From the IMG/VR virus record IMGVR_UViG_3300025138_000014, positions 87,330 through 151,329 of that record: DNA of 64,000 nt; one strand, given 5' to 3'. Positions within the stretch are counted from its first letter, which is position 1; each line of letters begins with the position of its first letter. Shown piece by piece: positions 9,306 to 19,127 of the stretch. Below the pieces are notes generated by a model. It was not told the DNA's origin and made no database searches. It saw only the letters and a list, made by a program, of their open reading frames with translations. A program made the position numbers and the translations under genes. Source of the DNA: a virus.

Positions 9306-10342
9306 GTTCCATTATGGATAAACTCCAGAAGAATACTAAGTTGAAAAATACTGAAATTTTATCTGAGTCAAAATTTTTTAATGAAAAAGATATGACTACA
9401 ACTTCTGTTCCGATGGTCAATGTGGCACTATCAGGATCAATGGACGGTGGATTATCCCCAGGACTAACAGTACTTGCTGGTCCATCTAAACACTTTAAAA
9501 CTTCCTTTGCTTTACTTATGGCAGGTGCTTATCTGGATAAACATCCGAATGCAGTAATGTTGTTTTACGACTCAGAGTTTGGTTCACCACAATCTTACTT
9601 TAAACAATTTGGTATTGATACAAAACGGGTACTTCATACACCAATTACTAATGTAGAAGAACTAAAATTTGACGTAGTAAATCAACTTGAAGGTCTTGAC
9701 CGAAAAGATGAAGTAATTATTGTTATTGACTCAATCGGTAATCTTGCTTCAAAGAAAGAACTTGAAGATGCTCAGAATGAAAAGTCTGTAGCAGATATGT
9801 CTCGTGCTAAACAGCTGAAGTCTTTGTTTAGAATGTGTACTCCATATCTTGCTATGAAAAATATTTCTATGCTAGCAGTCAATCACACTTATCAAGAAAT
9901 CGGTTTATTCCCTAAAGCAATTGTTTCTGGTGGAACTGGTATATATTATTCAGCTGATAATATTTGGATTATCGGTCGCCGCCAGAATAAAAAGGGTATG
10001 GAAGTTACTGGTTATGATTTTGTTATTAATGTTGAGAAGTCTCGGTTTGTTAAAGAGAAATCAAAGATTCCGATTACAGTATCATGGGAAGGCGGAGTAC
10101 AAACTTATTCAGGTTTGTTAGAAGTTGCAATGCAAGGTGAGTATGTAAGGAAACCAGCAAACGGTTGGTATGAACCAATTAACCCAGAAACAGGTGAAGT
10201 GTTGGCTGGCAAGGCTCGTGAAGCACAGACCCTAGAAAAAGAGTTTTGGGATCCAGTATTTGAGCAAACCAACTTTAAAGAATTTATCAAAAAACAGTTT
10301 ACAATTGGCCATAAAGCTGATATAGTATTAGAGGTAGAATAA
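9302..10342 (+). CDS. uvsX: UvsX RecA-like recombinase
   Basis: AGPSKHFKT, YDSEFG, DSIGNLASKKE, DMSRAK. Confidence 0.96.
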   Translation: MSSIMDKLQKNTKLKNTEILSESKFFNEKDMTTTSVPMVNVALSGSMDGGLSPGLTVLAGPSKHFKTSFALLMAGAYLDKHPNAVMLFYDSEFGSPQSYFKQFGIDTKRVLHTPITNVEELKFDVVNQLEGLDRKDEVIIVIDSIGNLASKKELEDAQNEKSVADMSRAKQLKSLFRMCTPYLAMKNISMLAVNHTYQEIGLFPKAIVSGGTGIYYSADNIWIIGRRQNKKGMEVTGYDFVINVEKSRFVKEKSKIPITVSWEGGVQTYSGLLEVAMQGEYVRKPANGWYEPINPETGEVLAGKAREAQTLEKEFWDPVFEQTNFKEFIKKQFTIGHKADIVLEVE

Positions 10343-10695
10343 TGACAGTAGAACATATATTTTATACGGAAGGAGAGGACTATGAATTAGTCCCTCCCGC
10401 CGATCTCAAAGATGATGAAGCGGGTTGGCACCTAAGAATTTTAACGGGAGAATATGTAGAAACAGTATTAACTTTTGGAAATGTATCACTAGATGGTACA
10501 GATCCAGATGAAGATGATCCAAAAATGTCTTTTAACTTTGAAATTGTTACAACACCAGATCCCGACCTAAGTACCGAAGATGAAGATTTTCAACACTATG
10601 CAGGTGATCTGCTGTTGTCTCTTATAGAACGATCAATAAAAGAGCAAACTATGCAAGTTGAAGAGAAAGCAAAACCAGTCTCAAGGCGCTCATGA
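10342..10695 (+). CDS. gp40-like protein (positional assignment)
   Basis: Acidic ~117 aa ORF between uvsX and gp41, as in T4. Confidence 0.5.
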   Translation: MTVEHIFYTEGEDYELVPPADLKDDEAGWHLRILTGEYVETVLTFGNVSLDGTDPDEDDPKMSFNFEIVTTPDPDLSTEDEDFQHYAGDLLLSLIERSIKEQTMQVEEKAKPVSRRS

Positions 10696-12059
10696 ATATA
10701 GAACAAGTAATTTTAAGAAACATCTTGGTAAATGAACCTTTCATGCGTAAGGTCTTACCATTTATTAAATCTGAATATTTTGAAGGAGTTTATAATGGCT
10801 TATTTAAACAAGTTGTAAATTATGTAAATACATATAATAGATTACCTAGCCTTGAATCGTTTAAAGTAGAAATTGATGATGGTAAGTTTTCTGATGAACA
10901 ATACAGACACGCAGTAGAAATTCTACCAGAAATTTTCAAAGATGATAAGATTGATTATGAATGGTTAGTTGATAAGACCGAAAAGTGGTGTCAAGATCGT
11001 GCTGTGTATAATGCTATTATGGAAAGTATATCCATAATTGATGGCAAGCATAAAGAATTGACAAAGCAGGCATTACCAGAATTGCTTAGTGAAGCCTTAT
11101 CAGTTACATTTGATGCAAATATCGGTCACGATTACTTTGATGATATGGTTAATCGTTACGAATCATATCATACCACTGAGTCACGTATGCCGTTTGACCT
11201 AGAGATGTTTAATAAGATTACCGATGGTGGTTTACCAAACAAGACTTTAAATATCTGTCTTGCTGGTACTGGAGTTGGTAAATCTTTGTTTATGTGTCAC
11301 ATGGGTGCGGCTGCTCTAACTCAAGGTAAAAATGTTCTTTATATTACTATGGAGATGTCCGAGGAGAAAATCTCGGAAAGAATAGATGCCAACTTGCTAA
11401 ATATCCCTATAGATCAACTTGATACATTAAGTAAAGATCAGTTTACAGAAAGGGTTAGAAAAGTACAAACATCTACAAATGGTAATCTTATTGTTAAAGA
11501 GTATCCAACAGGACAAGCCCATTCTTCACACTTCCGTGGCCTTTTAAATGAATTAAAACTAAAAAAGAAATTTAAACCAGATATCATTTTCATTGATTAT
11601 CTAAATATCTGTGCTTCATCAAGAATGAAAGGCATGGGAGGATCAATTAATTCGTACACATACATTAAAGCAATTGCTGAAGAATTACGTGGACTTGCAG
11701 TCGAGTTCAACGTACCGATCATCTCTGCAACGCAAACGACTCGTACTGGTTTTGGTAACTCGGATGTTGGGCTTGAAGATACGGCCGAGTCTTTTGGACT
11801 ACCCGCTACGGCAGATTTAATGTTTGCTTTAATTTCAACAGAAGAATTGGAAGCAGCAGGCCAGTTAATGGTTAAACAATTAAAGAATAGATATAATGAT
11901 CCTACTCAGAATAAAAGATTTATCATTGGAGTTGATAGATCAAAGATGAGATTGATGGATATAGATAATCCAACCGAGGGCGTTATGAATGATACGCCAG
12001 CATTTGATAATAGTAAACAGGGTCAGGATCAGAAGAAGTTTAAAGATTTTAAATTTTAG
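10692..12059 (+). CDS. 41: replicative DNA helicase gp41
   Basis: AGTGVGKS, ITMEM, IDYLNI, ATQTTR, QLKNRY. Confidence 0.96.
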   Translation: MNIEQVILRNILVNEPFMRKVLPFIKSEYFEGVYNGLFKQVVNYVNTYNRLPSLESFKVEIDDGKFSDEQYRHAVEILPEIFKDDKIDYEWLVDKTEKWCQDRAVYNAIMESISIIDGKHKELTKQALPELLSEALSVTFDANIGHDYFDDMVNRYESYHTTESRMPFDLEMFNKITDGGLPNKTLNICLAGTGVGKSLFMCHMGAAALTQGKNVLYITMEMSEEKISERIDANLLNIPIDQLDTLSKDQFTERVRKVQTSTNGNLIVKEYPTGQAHSSHFRGLLNELKLKKKFKPDIIFIDYLNICASSRMKGMGGSINSYTYIKAIAEELRGLAVEFNVPIISATQTTRTGFGNSDVGLEDTAESFGLPATADLMFALISTEELEAAGQLMVKQLKNRYNDPTQNKRFIIGVDRSKMRLMDIDNPTEGVMNDTPAFDNSKQGQDQKKFKDFKF

Positions 12060-12067
12060 GAGATTAA

Positions 12068-12250
12068 ATGTTACCTGATGAAATGGAAGCAGAAAAAAAT
12101 AGAAAGATTATATTAGCTCAAGCACAACGAATAGAGATACTAGAAAAAAATGTAGCTGATTTGCAACAACAACTATATGAAGAATATATCCATAATATAA
12201 AAAGGTATAAAAGGGTGAAAGATTATGAGAGCAGGGAAGGTCTGGGGTAG
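12068..12250 (+). CDS. hypothetical coiled-coil protein
   Basis: SD GGAG, ORF in operon. Confidence 0.55.
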   Translation: MLPDEMEAEKNRKIILAQAQRIEILEKNVADLQQQLYEEYIHNIKRYKRVKDYESREGLG

Positions 12251-12563
12251 TACAGAACTTATAGAAGCAAATAATGCTTTGGAGTTTCATAGAATTGAAT
12301 TTGAAACTGGTACGTGTTCTAAACATAAACACGAATTTAAATGGAATGGCTTTTATGTTGAATCTGGTATTATGATGATCAGAGTTTGGCAGAATGATTA
12401 TGATTTAGTTGATGAAACTGTTTTACAAGCAGGGGAATATACTAAAGTCAAACCAGGTGTTTATCACCAATTTGTAGGAATTGAGCCAGGTGTAGCCTTT
12501 GAGTTATATTGGGCAGAATTTAACCATAACGATATTATTAGAGAGACAGTAGGTCACGAATGA
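12225..12563 (+). CDS. cupin-domain protein
   Basis: CSKHKH..KWNGFYVESG, PGVYHQF. Confidence 0.8.
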   Translation: MRAGKVWGSTELIEANNALEFHRIEFETGTCSKHKHEFKWNGFYVESGIMMIRVWQNDYDLVDETVLQAGEYTKVKPGVYHQFVGIEPGVAFELYWAEFNHNDIIRETVGHE

Positions 12564-13228
12564 TTAAAGCAAAGCTAATGGGTTACACTCAAGTACATGA
12601 GTCACCCGCATTAGGTAATATTCAAGAACTTGTAGCATTTTGTGCAAGAGTATCTAATCCCTCAAATCAAATTAATAGTGAGACAAGTGAAAAACTCATT
12701 AAGTATTTGATAAAACATAAACATTGGTCTCCACTTGAAATGGTTTCGGCAACCATGGAAGTTAAGTGTACACGAGATATTGCACGACAGCTTTTACGGC
12801 ATCGGTCATTCTCTTTTCAGGAATTCAGTCAACGCTATGCTGATCCAGCAGATCAAGAGTCGCTATATGTATTGTCAGAAGCTAGGCTTCAAGATACAAA
12901 AAATAGACAAAACAGCATTGATTCAGATGATGAAGACTTGCAAGCCGCATGGAATTTACAACAACAAAATGTAATTGATCAAGCTAAAAAAGCATATGAC
13001 TTTGCAATCTTTAATGGAATTGCCAAGGAGCAAGCACGTAAAGTGTTACCCGAAGGACTTACTATGTCTACATTATATGTAAACGGAACACTTCGTTCTT
13101 GGATACACTATATAGAACTAAGGAGTGCAAACGGTACTCAGAAAGAACATATGGAATTAGCTAGGGCTTGCGGAGAAGCAATAGCAATTATATTTCCACT
13201 AGCAAAAAATTTAACATCAGGAGACTAA
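12560..13228 (+). CDS. thyX: flavin-dependent thymidylate synthase
   Basis: HWSPLE, RQLLRHRSFSFQEFSQRY, AR.VLP, LR..NGTQKEH. Confidence 0.95.
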   Translation: MIKAKLMGYTQVHESPALGNIQELVAFCARVSNPSNQINSETSEKLIKYLIKHKHWSPLEMVSATMEVKCTRDIARQLLRHRSFSFQEFSQRYADPADQESLYVLSEARLQDTKNRQNSIDSDDEDLQAAWNLQQQNVIDQAKKAYDFAIFNGIAKEQARKVLPEGLTMSTLYVNGTLRSWIHYIELRSANGTQKEHMELARACGEAIAIIFPLAKNLTSGD

Positions 13229-13230
13229 AA

Positions 13231-13479
13231 ATGGGAAAAAAACTCTCAACTTATTATTCAGATTCCAGTGAAGATTATTGTGAAGTACATTTTAATTATA
13301 AAGAAGAATTTGCTTATATAAAATATTTCACGGCTGACGGTACAAGATATTTTGAAGAGTTTTTTCCTAATAAGGCTTTGTGTTATGTTGAAGATGCTGC
13401 AGAGAACTGGGCTTTAGGCTATAAAGATTTATCACCTGAGCATCATACACAATATACATTAAAGTTTCCAAATATGTAA
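13231..13479 (+). CDS. hypothetical protein
   Basis: ATG after GGAG SD; EDAAENWALG motif. Confidence 0.7.
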   Translation: MGKKLSTYYSDSSEDYCEVHFNYKEEFAYIKYFTADGTRYFEEFFPNKALCYVEDAAENWALGYKDLSPEHHTQYTLKFPNM

Positions 13480-13487
13480 AATAATGC

Positions 13488-13516
13488 TTTACATATCTTT
13501 CCTAATGTTTTATAAT
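13488..13516 (+). promoter_or_regulatory. early promoter
   Basis: TTTACA-17-TATAAT. Confidence 0.75.
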
Positions 13517-13556
13517 GAGTATACAACAGCAAAAAAGAAAAGATAGAGGCACTATT

Positions 13557-14156
13557 ATGAAACTGAAGTATGTAGCAATAGTATTTACAAACATATGCGT
13601 AGCATCAGGTTTTGGTTACGTTGCGTATGAAGTACATAAGAGAATGAATATTGAAGCAGTTATGGCTACAGAAGCCGTACAAATGAGGGCAGAAGAAATA
13701 GCTGCAGAGATACAATTTGAGCAAGAGCAATTAGCTGATAAAGCAATCCAACTAGAGTGTCTTGCTACAAATATATATTATGAAACAATGGCCAAATCAT
13801 TAGCAGGTGCTATGGCTGTTACAGACGTTGTATTAAATAGAGTAGAACACGAAAAATATCCAAGTACACCTTGCGATGTTGTTCACCAATCATATCTAAA
13901 TGATAAAGGAGAACCTCTATTAAATAAGTGCCAATTCAGTTGGTACTGTGATGGAAAAGCTGATGAACCACAGAATGCAGATTCTTGGTTACTATCTCAA
14001 AACTATGCAAAAATTATAATGGATGGTAAGTGGAGAGGAATTACAGAAGGCGCAACTCACTACCACGCACCTTACGTTAGTCCAAAGTGGGCCAAGTCCT
14101 TTACTGCAATCGGACATATTGGCGAACACTTATTTTTTAGAATGGAAAGTAAATAA
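13557..14156 (+). CDS. SleB/Hydrolase_2-type cell wall hydrolase with N-terminal membrane anchor
   Basis: [34 protein letters not shown]; ATG after GAGG. Confidence 0.88.
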   Translation: MKLKYVAIVFTNICVASGFGYVAYEVHKRMNIEAVMATEAVQMRAEEIAAEIQFEQEQLADKAIQLECLATNIYYETMAKSLAGAMAVTDVVLNRVEHEKYPSTPCDVVHQSYLNDKGEPLLNKCQFSWYCDGKADEPQNADSWLLSQNYAKIIMDGKWRGITEGATHYHAPYVSPKWAKSFTAIGHIGEHLFFRMESK

Positions 14157-14599
14157 TGGCAAACTTAAACAACAATCGCAGCATGAATAAACAATACTGG
14201 GATCCTCAAACTCCACCAACTGAGCGTCTTATTACGCAAGAAGAGATTGATAATAATCTCGGAAGTTTGTTTAATGAACTACATGCAGCAGTGATGCCCA
14301 ACAGCGGTCTCACCGATGCAGGTGATGAAATAGAATATAAATTCAATGAAAGAAATTATATTGATGAATTCCAGCAGTATATAGATAAGACATATGAAGG
14401 ACATTACTCTACAAATAAATTTCAGTCTACTGAAGTCATTATTGACCGAGGTAACGGTACTGGGTTTTGTATGGGTAATGTAGATAAGTATTCTAATCGC
14501 TATGGAAACAAAGGTACTCGTGAAGATGCACGCAAAGACCTGATGAAAATACTACACTATGCATTAATTCAGTTGCACGTTCATGATAATGATCTGTAA
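14156..14599 (+). CDS. DUF3310 (T7 gp1.7/SaV-like) protein
   Basis: HY, GFCMGNVDKY..RYG.K, DLMKILHY. Confidence 0.7.
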   Translation: MANLNNNRSMNKQYWDPQTPPTERLITQEEIDNNLGSLFNELHAAVMPNSGLTDAGDEIEYKFNERNYIDEFQQYIDKTYEGHYSTNKFQSTEVIIDRGNGTGFCMGNVDKYSNRYGNKGTREDARKDLMKILHYALIQLHVHDNDL

Positions 14600-14602
14600 C
14601 TA

Positions 14603-14610
14603 TATAAATA
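14603..14610 (+). promoter_or_regulatory. T4-type late promoter
   Basis: TATAAATA about 30 nt upstream of ORF 14641. Confidence 0.7.
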
Positions 14611-14640
14611 TTAAGTTATAACCAAACAAAGGAAAAACAA

Positions 14641-14988
14641 ATGAAAACTCTTACTCTCGCCACCGTTGCCATGCTATCGGCAACATCACTTTCAGCAGCC
14701 GATCTTGGAGGTGGATTTAGTTTAGGCGGAGAATTGGACGTCAATGCAAATTTGACAGATAATGTTGAGTCATATACACTAAAGCCAATTGCTGGATATA
14801 CAATCGGCGGTATTAATTTTGAAGCCAACACTATTGTTAATCTTGACAAAATTAGTGACTATAAAATCAACCTTGCATATGAAGCTACATATGACGTACA
14901 TTCTTCTTTAGAACTTTATGGCAGGATGAAAACAAATGATAGTTGGAATACAGATGATGTTACTTTCGGGGCTACATTCTCTTTCTAA
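14641..14988 (+). CDS. small outer-membrane beta-barrel/porin-like protein
   Basis: Sec signal (..SLSA|AD), amphipathic strands, C-terminal GATFSF. Confidence 0.65.
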   Translation: MKTLTLATVAMLSATSLSAADLGGGFSLGGELDVNANLTDNVESYTLKPIAGYTIGGINFEANTIVNLDKISDYKINLAYEATYDVHSSLELYGRMKTNDSWNTDDVTFGATFSF

Positions 14989-15006
14989 TAACAAAAATAA
15001 TTACAG

Positions 15007-15031
15007 AAAAGGCACTTTATGTGCCTTTTTT
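15007..15031 (+). terminator. rho-independent terminator
   Basis: AAAAGGCAC-TTTAT-GTGCCTTTTTT. Confidence 0.8.
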
Positions 15032-15033
15032 AC

Positions 15034-15062
15034 TTTACATATACCAGTGTTTGTACTATAAT
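15034..15062 (+). promoter_or_regulatory. early promoter
   Basis: TTTACA-17-TATAAT. Confidence 0.8.
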
Positions 15063-15106
15063 TATTATACAAGCTAAAATAGAGAAATCAAACTGGAGAG
15101 TATATA

Positions 15107-16081
15107 ATGGCACATCAAGTTGAAATGATTAATGGCGTAGCTCAAATGGCCTACGCAGGTGCACTTCCATGGCACGGTCTTGGAGAAGCAGTTAGCAATG
15201 ATTTAACTCCTCATCAAATGATGGAAAAAGCAGGATTGAATTGGGAAGTAAATAAAATCCCAATGAACTTTACCAACTCAGGTGGTAAACTCCAAACGAT
15301 CCCAGAAAAAGCAGCACTGGTTCGTTCTAGTGACTCAAAAGTCCTAGACATTGTAGGAGAAGGCTGGAACCCTATTCAAAACACTACGGCGTTTAACTTC
15401 TTTTATGAGTATGTACTAGCTGGCGATATGGAAATGCATACCGCAGGTAGTCTTAAAGGCGGTAAGCACATCTGGGCTTTAGCTAAAGTTAAAGAAAGTT
15501 TTGATGTATTCGGTGAAGATACAATTGAATCTTTTGTACTTTTCTCAAATCCTCACCAATACGGTAAATCAGCAGACGTTAGGTTTACACCAATCCGAGT
15601 TGTTTGCAATAACACTCTAAGCATGAGCCTTGGACAATCGGCTGATAGATCAGTACGGATCGGTCATGCAACACCGTTTAATCCAGATAGTGTAAAAGAG
15701 ACACTAGGTATTGCTTCTGAGAAATTTGCTAAGTACAAAGAAATGGCTGAATTTCTCGGTTCTAAAAGAGTATCAGCTGAGTCACTTCTCAACTTTTACA
15801 ATACTGTGTATCCACATAGTGCTAAGCCAGTTGTTAATCCAACTGAAGAAAAGCAGCTATCTCGTCCAGCAAAACTTTGCTATGATGCTCTTAATACACA
15901 ACCAGGTGCACACTTTGCCGAAGGTTCATGGTGGCAGGCTTTTAACTCTGTAACATATGTTACAGATCACGTTCAAGGTAATAGTGCAGAGAATAGATTA
16001 CATTCTCAGTGGTTTGGTGGAAATCAAGCACGTAAATTAAAAGCTGCAGAGGTTGCTGTAAAGATGGCAACTGCCGCTTAA
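15107..16081 (+). CDS. DUF932 family protein
   Basis: PWHGLG, AGLNWEV, TAGSL.GG, TPIRVVCNNTL, W.AFNSVT. Confidence 0.88.
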   Translation: MAHQVEMINGVAQMAYAGALPWHGLGEAVSNDLTPHQMMEKAGLNWEVNKIPMNFTNSGGKLQTIPEKAALVRSSDSKVLDIVGEGWNPIQNTTAFNFFYEYVLAGDMEMHTAGSLKGGKHIWALAKVKESFDVFGEDTIESFVLFSNPHQYGKSADVRFTPIRVVCNNTLSMSLGQSADRSVRIGHATPFNPDSVKETLGIASEKFAKYKEMAEFLGSKRVSAESLLNFYNTVYPHSAKPVVNPTEEKQLSRPAKLCYDALNTQPGAHFAEGSWWQAFNSVTYVTDHVQGNSAENRLHSQWFGGNQARKLKAAEVAVKMATAA

Positions 16082-16088
16082 TAAAACA

Positions 16089-16106
16089 GGGGAGCCTCGG
16101 CTCCCC
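16089..16106 (+). terminator. GC hairpin (terminator or processing site)
   Basis: GGGGAGC-CTCG-GCTCCCC, weak U tail. Confidence 0.5.
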
Positions 16107-16127
16107 CATCCTTAAAGGGAATATGTA

Positions 16128-16454
16128 ATGAGTGATTATAACTGTGACAACTGGGTCATTATCAAGATGAAAGGTGATGACCCACATTACCGACTTCTTG
16201 TCGGAACCTCAGGGGGTTACTTAGATGGCGACAGTTGGCGTATGAACAGTGGCATTACAAAGGTAGAAGAGGACGAAGCATTCTACTACTTTTATGGGTC
16301 TAGTGGGTCTCGATATCGTAGTTGTAAAGAGTCGTACACGCTGAGGATGAATAATGCTCATATCTGGGATCAGCTTCAGAAACTTCATGGCGACAAAGTT
16401 GAGATGATGCCAGAAGATACAGACTGGATAAATATGGATTGGATTATCAAATGA
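16128..16454 (+). CDS. hypothetical phage protein
   Basis: SGGYLDGDSWRMNSGI motif, SD present. Confidence 0.75.
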   Translation: MSDYNCDNWVIIKMKGDDPHYRLLVGTSGGYLDGDSWRMNSGITKVEEDEAFYYFYGSSGSRYRSCKESYTLRMNNAHIWDQLQKLHGDKVEMMPEDTDWINMDWIIK

Positions 16455-17245
16455 AATTTATTGCTGCAATGGACCATAGTGGTGGATCAACAGGCGGAGT
16501 ACTTGATCGGTATGAACAAACATATACCGAAGAAACTAAAATGGATTTGATCCATGATATGCGAACACGAATGATTAATGCTCCAAGTTTTAACGGAGAT
16601 AATATTTGGGGAACAATTCTTTATAAAGACACAGTCCTACGTGGAGTGTCTGCTACTCTTTTGGAAAAAGAGATTGTATCATTCCTAAAAGTTGATAGTG
16701 GAGTTATCTTTAGTGGTATGCTCAAACCATTTAATCTTGGCGAAATGATTAATATTGCAAAAGAACATCGTTGTGTCGGTACAAAGATGCGAAGCATTGT
16801 TTATTCCAAAGACGTACTAGAACCAATTGTAAAAGAACAATTTGAACTAGGTCAACAGATTTTTGAAAACGGACTTATTCCTATTATTGAACCAGAAGTT
16901 CCTATAGATCATATGAATAAATCAGAACTTGAGACCATGCTAGACGCTTCATTGAAAGCACATCTTGCTAGATTTAAAGGTCAATGTATTCTAAAATTAA
17001 CTTTACCTGAAATCAATGGTCTTTATAGTGATTACTCTAATCACCCTAAAGTTGTAAAAGTTGTTGCACTTAGCGGTGGTTATAGTACAGAAGTTGCTTG
17101 TAAAAGACTATCAGAACAAAGTGCTATGGGAGCAAGTTTTAGTCGAGCACTTTCCGAAAATCTATATGCTAGTCAACGTGATGTAGATTTTAATTCATCT
17201 CTTGCTTGGAATATTAAAAGAATCAGTGAGGCTTGTTCAGTTTAA
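16451..17245 (+). CDS. class I fructose-bisphosphate aldolase
   Basis: FIAAMDHSGGST, FLKVD.G, GTKMRS, PIIEPEV, LKLTLP, VALSGGYS, ASFSRAL. Confidence 0.92.
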   Translation: MKFIAAMDHSGGSTGGVLDRYEQTYTEETKMDLIHDMRTRMINAPSFNGDNIWGTILYKDTVLRGVSATLLEKEIVSFLKVDSGVIFSGMLKPFNLGEMINIAKEHRCVGTKMRSIVYSKDVLEPIVKEQFELGQQIFENGLIPIIEPEVPIDHMNKSELETMLDASLKAHLARFKGQCILKLTLPEINGLYSDYSNHPKVVKVVALSGGYSTEVACKRLSEQSAMGASFSRALSENLYASQRDVDFNSSLAWNIKRISEACSV

Positions 17246-17577
17246 TGAAATATGTAATTGATATTGACGGTACTATTTGTAATGAAGTATTTAATAATAA
17301 CGGCACAAAGAATTATGCTCTACATGAGCCTGCAATGGATCGCATTGCAAAGGTAAACAAACTATATGATGCAGGGCATACTATTAAATATATGACAGCC
17401 CGAGGCGCAGTTAGTAAAGTTGATTATTATGATCTAACCAAGAAACAACTGGATAGTTGGGGTGCTAAATACCATGAGTTGAGTGTCGGAGAAAAAGAAC
17501 ATTACGATGTTTGGATTGATGACAAAGCATATTGGAGTGAAAACTTTTTTAGAAAATCTGGAGAAAGCTATGAGTAA
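17245..17577 (+). CDS. small HAD phosphatase
   Basis: IDIDGTIC, TARG, WIDDKA. Confidence 0.82.
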   Translation: MKYVIDIDGTICNEVFNNNGTKNYALHEPAMDRIAKVNKLYDAGHTIKYMTARGAVSKVDYYDLTKKQLDSWGAKYHELSVGEKEHYDVWIDDKAYWSENFFRKSGESYE

Positions 17578-17884
17578 ATGGATATATGAATGTTGGAATG
17601 CAGTAATGGATTATGAAAAGAATCCCTTGAGTAATATTCCAGATGTTCAGACACGACATATGATTATGCAAGTTTTAGCTTGGATGTGGTGCATTGCATT
17701 TGGATTTATTGTAAGTAATCTATGGGCTGGTGTAATTAGTATGATGGCTCACATTGTATTAATAGGAGCAATAGCAATTACTGTAGCAACATTTGAAACA
17801 GCAAAATCTAATCCACAATTATTTACAAGAAGAAAACGTGTAGATGGTTATAACGGTAGACAAAATAACGGAGAGCACAACTAG
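17570..17884 (+). CDS. membrane protein
   Basis: NPLSNIPD..RHMIMQVLAWMWC, two TM segments; ATG after GGAG. Confidence 0.7.
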   Translation: MSKWIYECWNAVMDYEKNPLSNIPDVQTRHMIMQVLAWMWCIAFGFIVSNLWAGVISMMAHIVLIGAIAITVATFETAKSNPQLFTRRKRVDGYNGRQNNGEHN

Positions 17885-18118
17885 ATGGATAGAGTACGGG
17901 TTAATTCTAATACTCAGGCATCAAGTTTAATAGAGCCAAAAAGAACTATGGTTGACCCGCCTAACGGATGGAGATACGGGTTCCCTAAAATGCTTCCTCT
18001 AATTCCAAAAGAAGGTAAAGATTTTAAGTTAACAAGGTGGTTAGTATCAGAAGGATATCCACAACATGAGATAACAGACTTAGGTGCTGCATTTCATGTA
18101 AGGGTATGGGAAGTATAA
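17885..18118 (+). CDS. hypothetical protein
   Basis: DPPNGWRYGFPK motif. Confidence 0.7.
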   Translation: MDRVRVNSNTQASSLIEPKRTMVDPPNGWRYGFPKMLPLIPKEGKDFKLTRWLVSEGYPQHEITDLGAAFHVRVWEV

Positions 18119-18120
18119 GG

Positions 18121-18597
18121 ATGAATAGAGAAAAGCAATTATGGAAAAAGGTAAAGAAAATGGATCTAGGAAACCCGATAATCACGACACTAGTTGGACT
18201 GGTTATTTTTTATATTGGACTTAAAACATTCTCGGGTGGTATGAAGTCCATGGGTAATATGGAACATCTAAATTGGTTCTTAGGTAGTCCAATATATATG
18301 TTCTTCGGTGGTATTATTATGACTTTGTTATGGCAATCCTCTTCTTTGTCTACAACGGCTATTATTGCTTTAGTTGCTTCAGGAGCACTCCCGCTTCCAG
18401 CTGCAATTGCATGTGTGCTAGGTGCAAATCTCGGAACTACTGGAACCATATGGTTAGCTGGTTTCTTTGTATCTGATGGAATGCCAAAGGGAGATACATT
18501 AAGAATTGCTATGGCTCATACTGGAATGAACTTACTTATGGCTCTTGCTTTACTACCATTTGTTGGAAGAATAGGTCAATTTTTAATGAAGTTTTAG
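18121..18597 (+). CDS. Na/Pi cotransporter-family protein (single repeat)
   Basis: LLWQSSSLSTTAIIALV, LGANLGTT, AHT..N. Confidence 0.85.
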   Translation: MNREKQLWKKVKKMDLGNPIITTLVGLVIFYIGLKTFSGGMKSMGNMEHLNWFLGSPIYMFFGGIIMTLLWQSSSLSTTAIIALVASGALPLPAAIACVLGANLGTTGTIWLAGFFVSDGMPKGDTLRIAMAHTGMNLLMALALLPFVGRIGQFLMKF

Positions 18598-18619
18598 CAA
18601 TAATAATTCATTTTAGGGG

Positions 18620-18648
18620 TTTACAAGCTTTGAGGGTTGAGTTATAAA
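18620..18648 (+). promoter_or_regulatory. early promoter
   Basis: TTAGGGGTTTACA-17-TATAAA. Confidence 0.75.
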
Positions 18649-18683
18649 AGTATAACGAAACAAACTAGAAAGAGAGCCTCCAA

Positions 18684-19055
18684 ATGACTAAGTTTAACAA
18701 ATCAGATTTTGAATATTACGGTGGATACTTACATTACACAGGCACTTATGATAATGCAGAAGTTTGGCCTGCAATCACTAAAGGCGGTACCAAAGTTCAC
18801 CCATCAAGAGTCGGTAAGCAGAAGCCACTTTTCATTGCTCGGTTTAAGCACAGCGGACCATTTACTAAAGCCAAGTTCCTTGCACAGCTTATCAAAAACT
18901 TCACAGTTGAAGAGTATGTAGAAGCAAGAAACCAAGATGGACTAGATAGTTCTCCACTTCAAATTCTTCGGAATAAAAATGAAGATTGGTACTACAAAGT
19001 ATTGTTTGCCTGGAAGAAGAAAACTGCACCAGGAAGATACTTGCATCTGGACTAA
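18684..19055 (+). CDS. early hypothetical protein
   Basis: Own promoter and terminator. Confidence 0.75.
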   Translation: MTKFNKSDFEYYGGYLHYTGTYDNAEVWPAITKGGTKVHPSRVGKQKPLFIARFKHSGPFTKAKFLAQLIKNFTVEEYVEARNQDGLDSSPLQILRNKNEDWYYKVLFAWKKKTAPGRYLHLD

Positions 19056-19070
19056 ATAAATCCTCCCTAT

Positions 19071-19098
19071 AAAGGAGTCCTTCGGGGCTCCTTTTTTT
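19071..19098 (+). terminator. rho-independent terminator, UUCG loop
   Basis: AAAGGAGTCC-TTCG-GGGCTCC-T7. Confidence 0.88.
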
Positions 19099-19099
19099 G

Positions 19100-19107
19100 T
19101 ATAAATA
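19100..19107 (+). promoter_or_regulatory. T4-type late promoter
   Basis: TATAAATA. Confidence 0.75.
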
Positions 19108-19127
19108 TTATAGATAGGGAGAATTAA

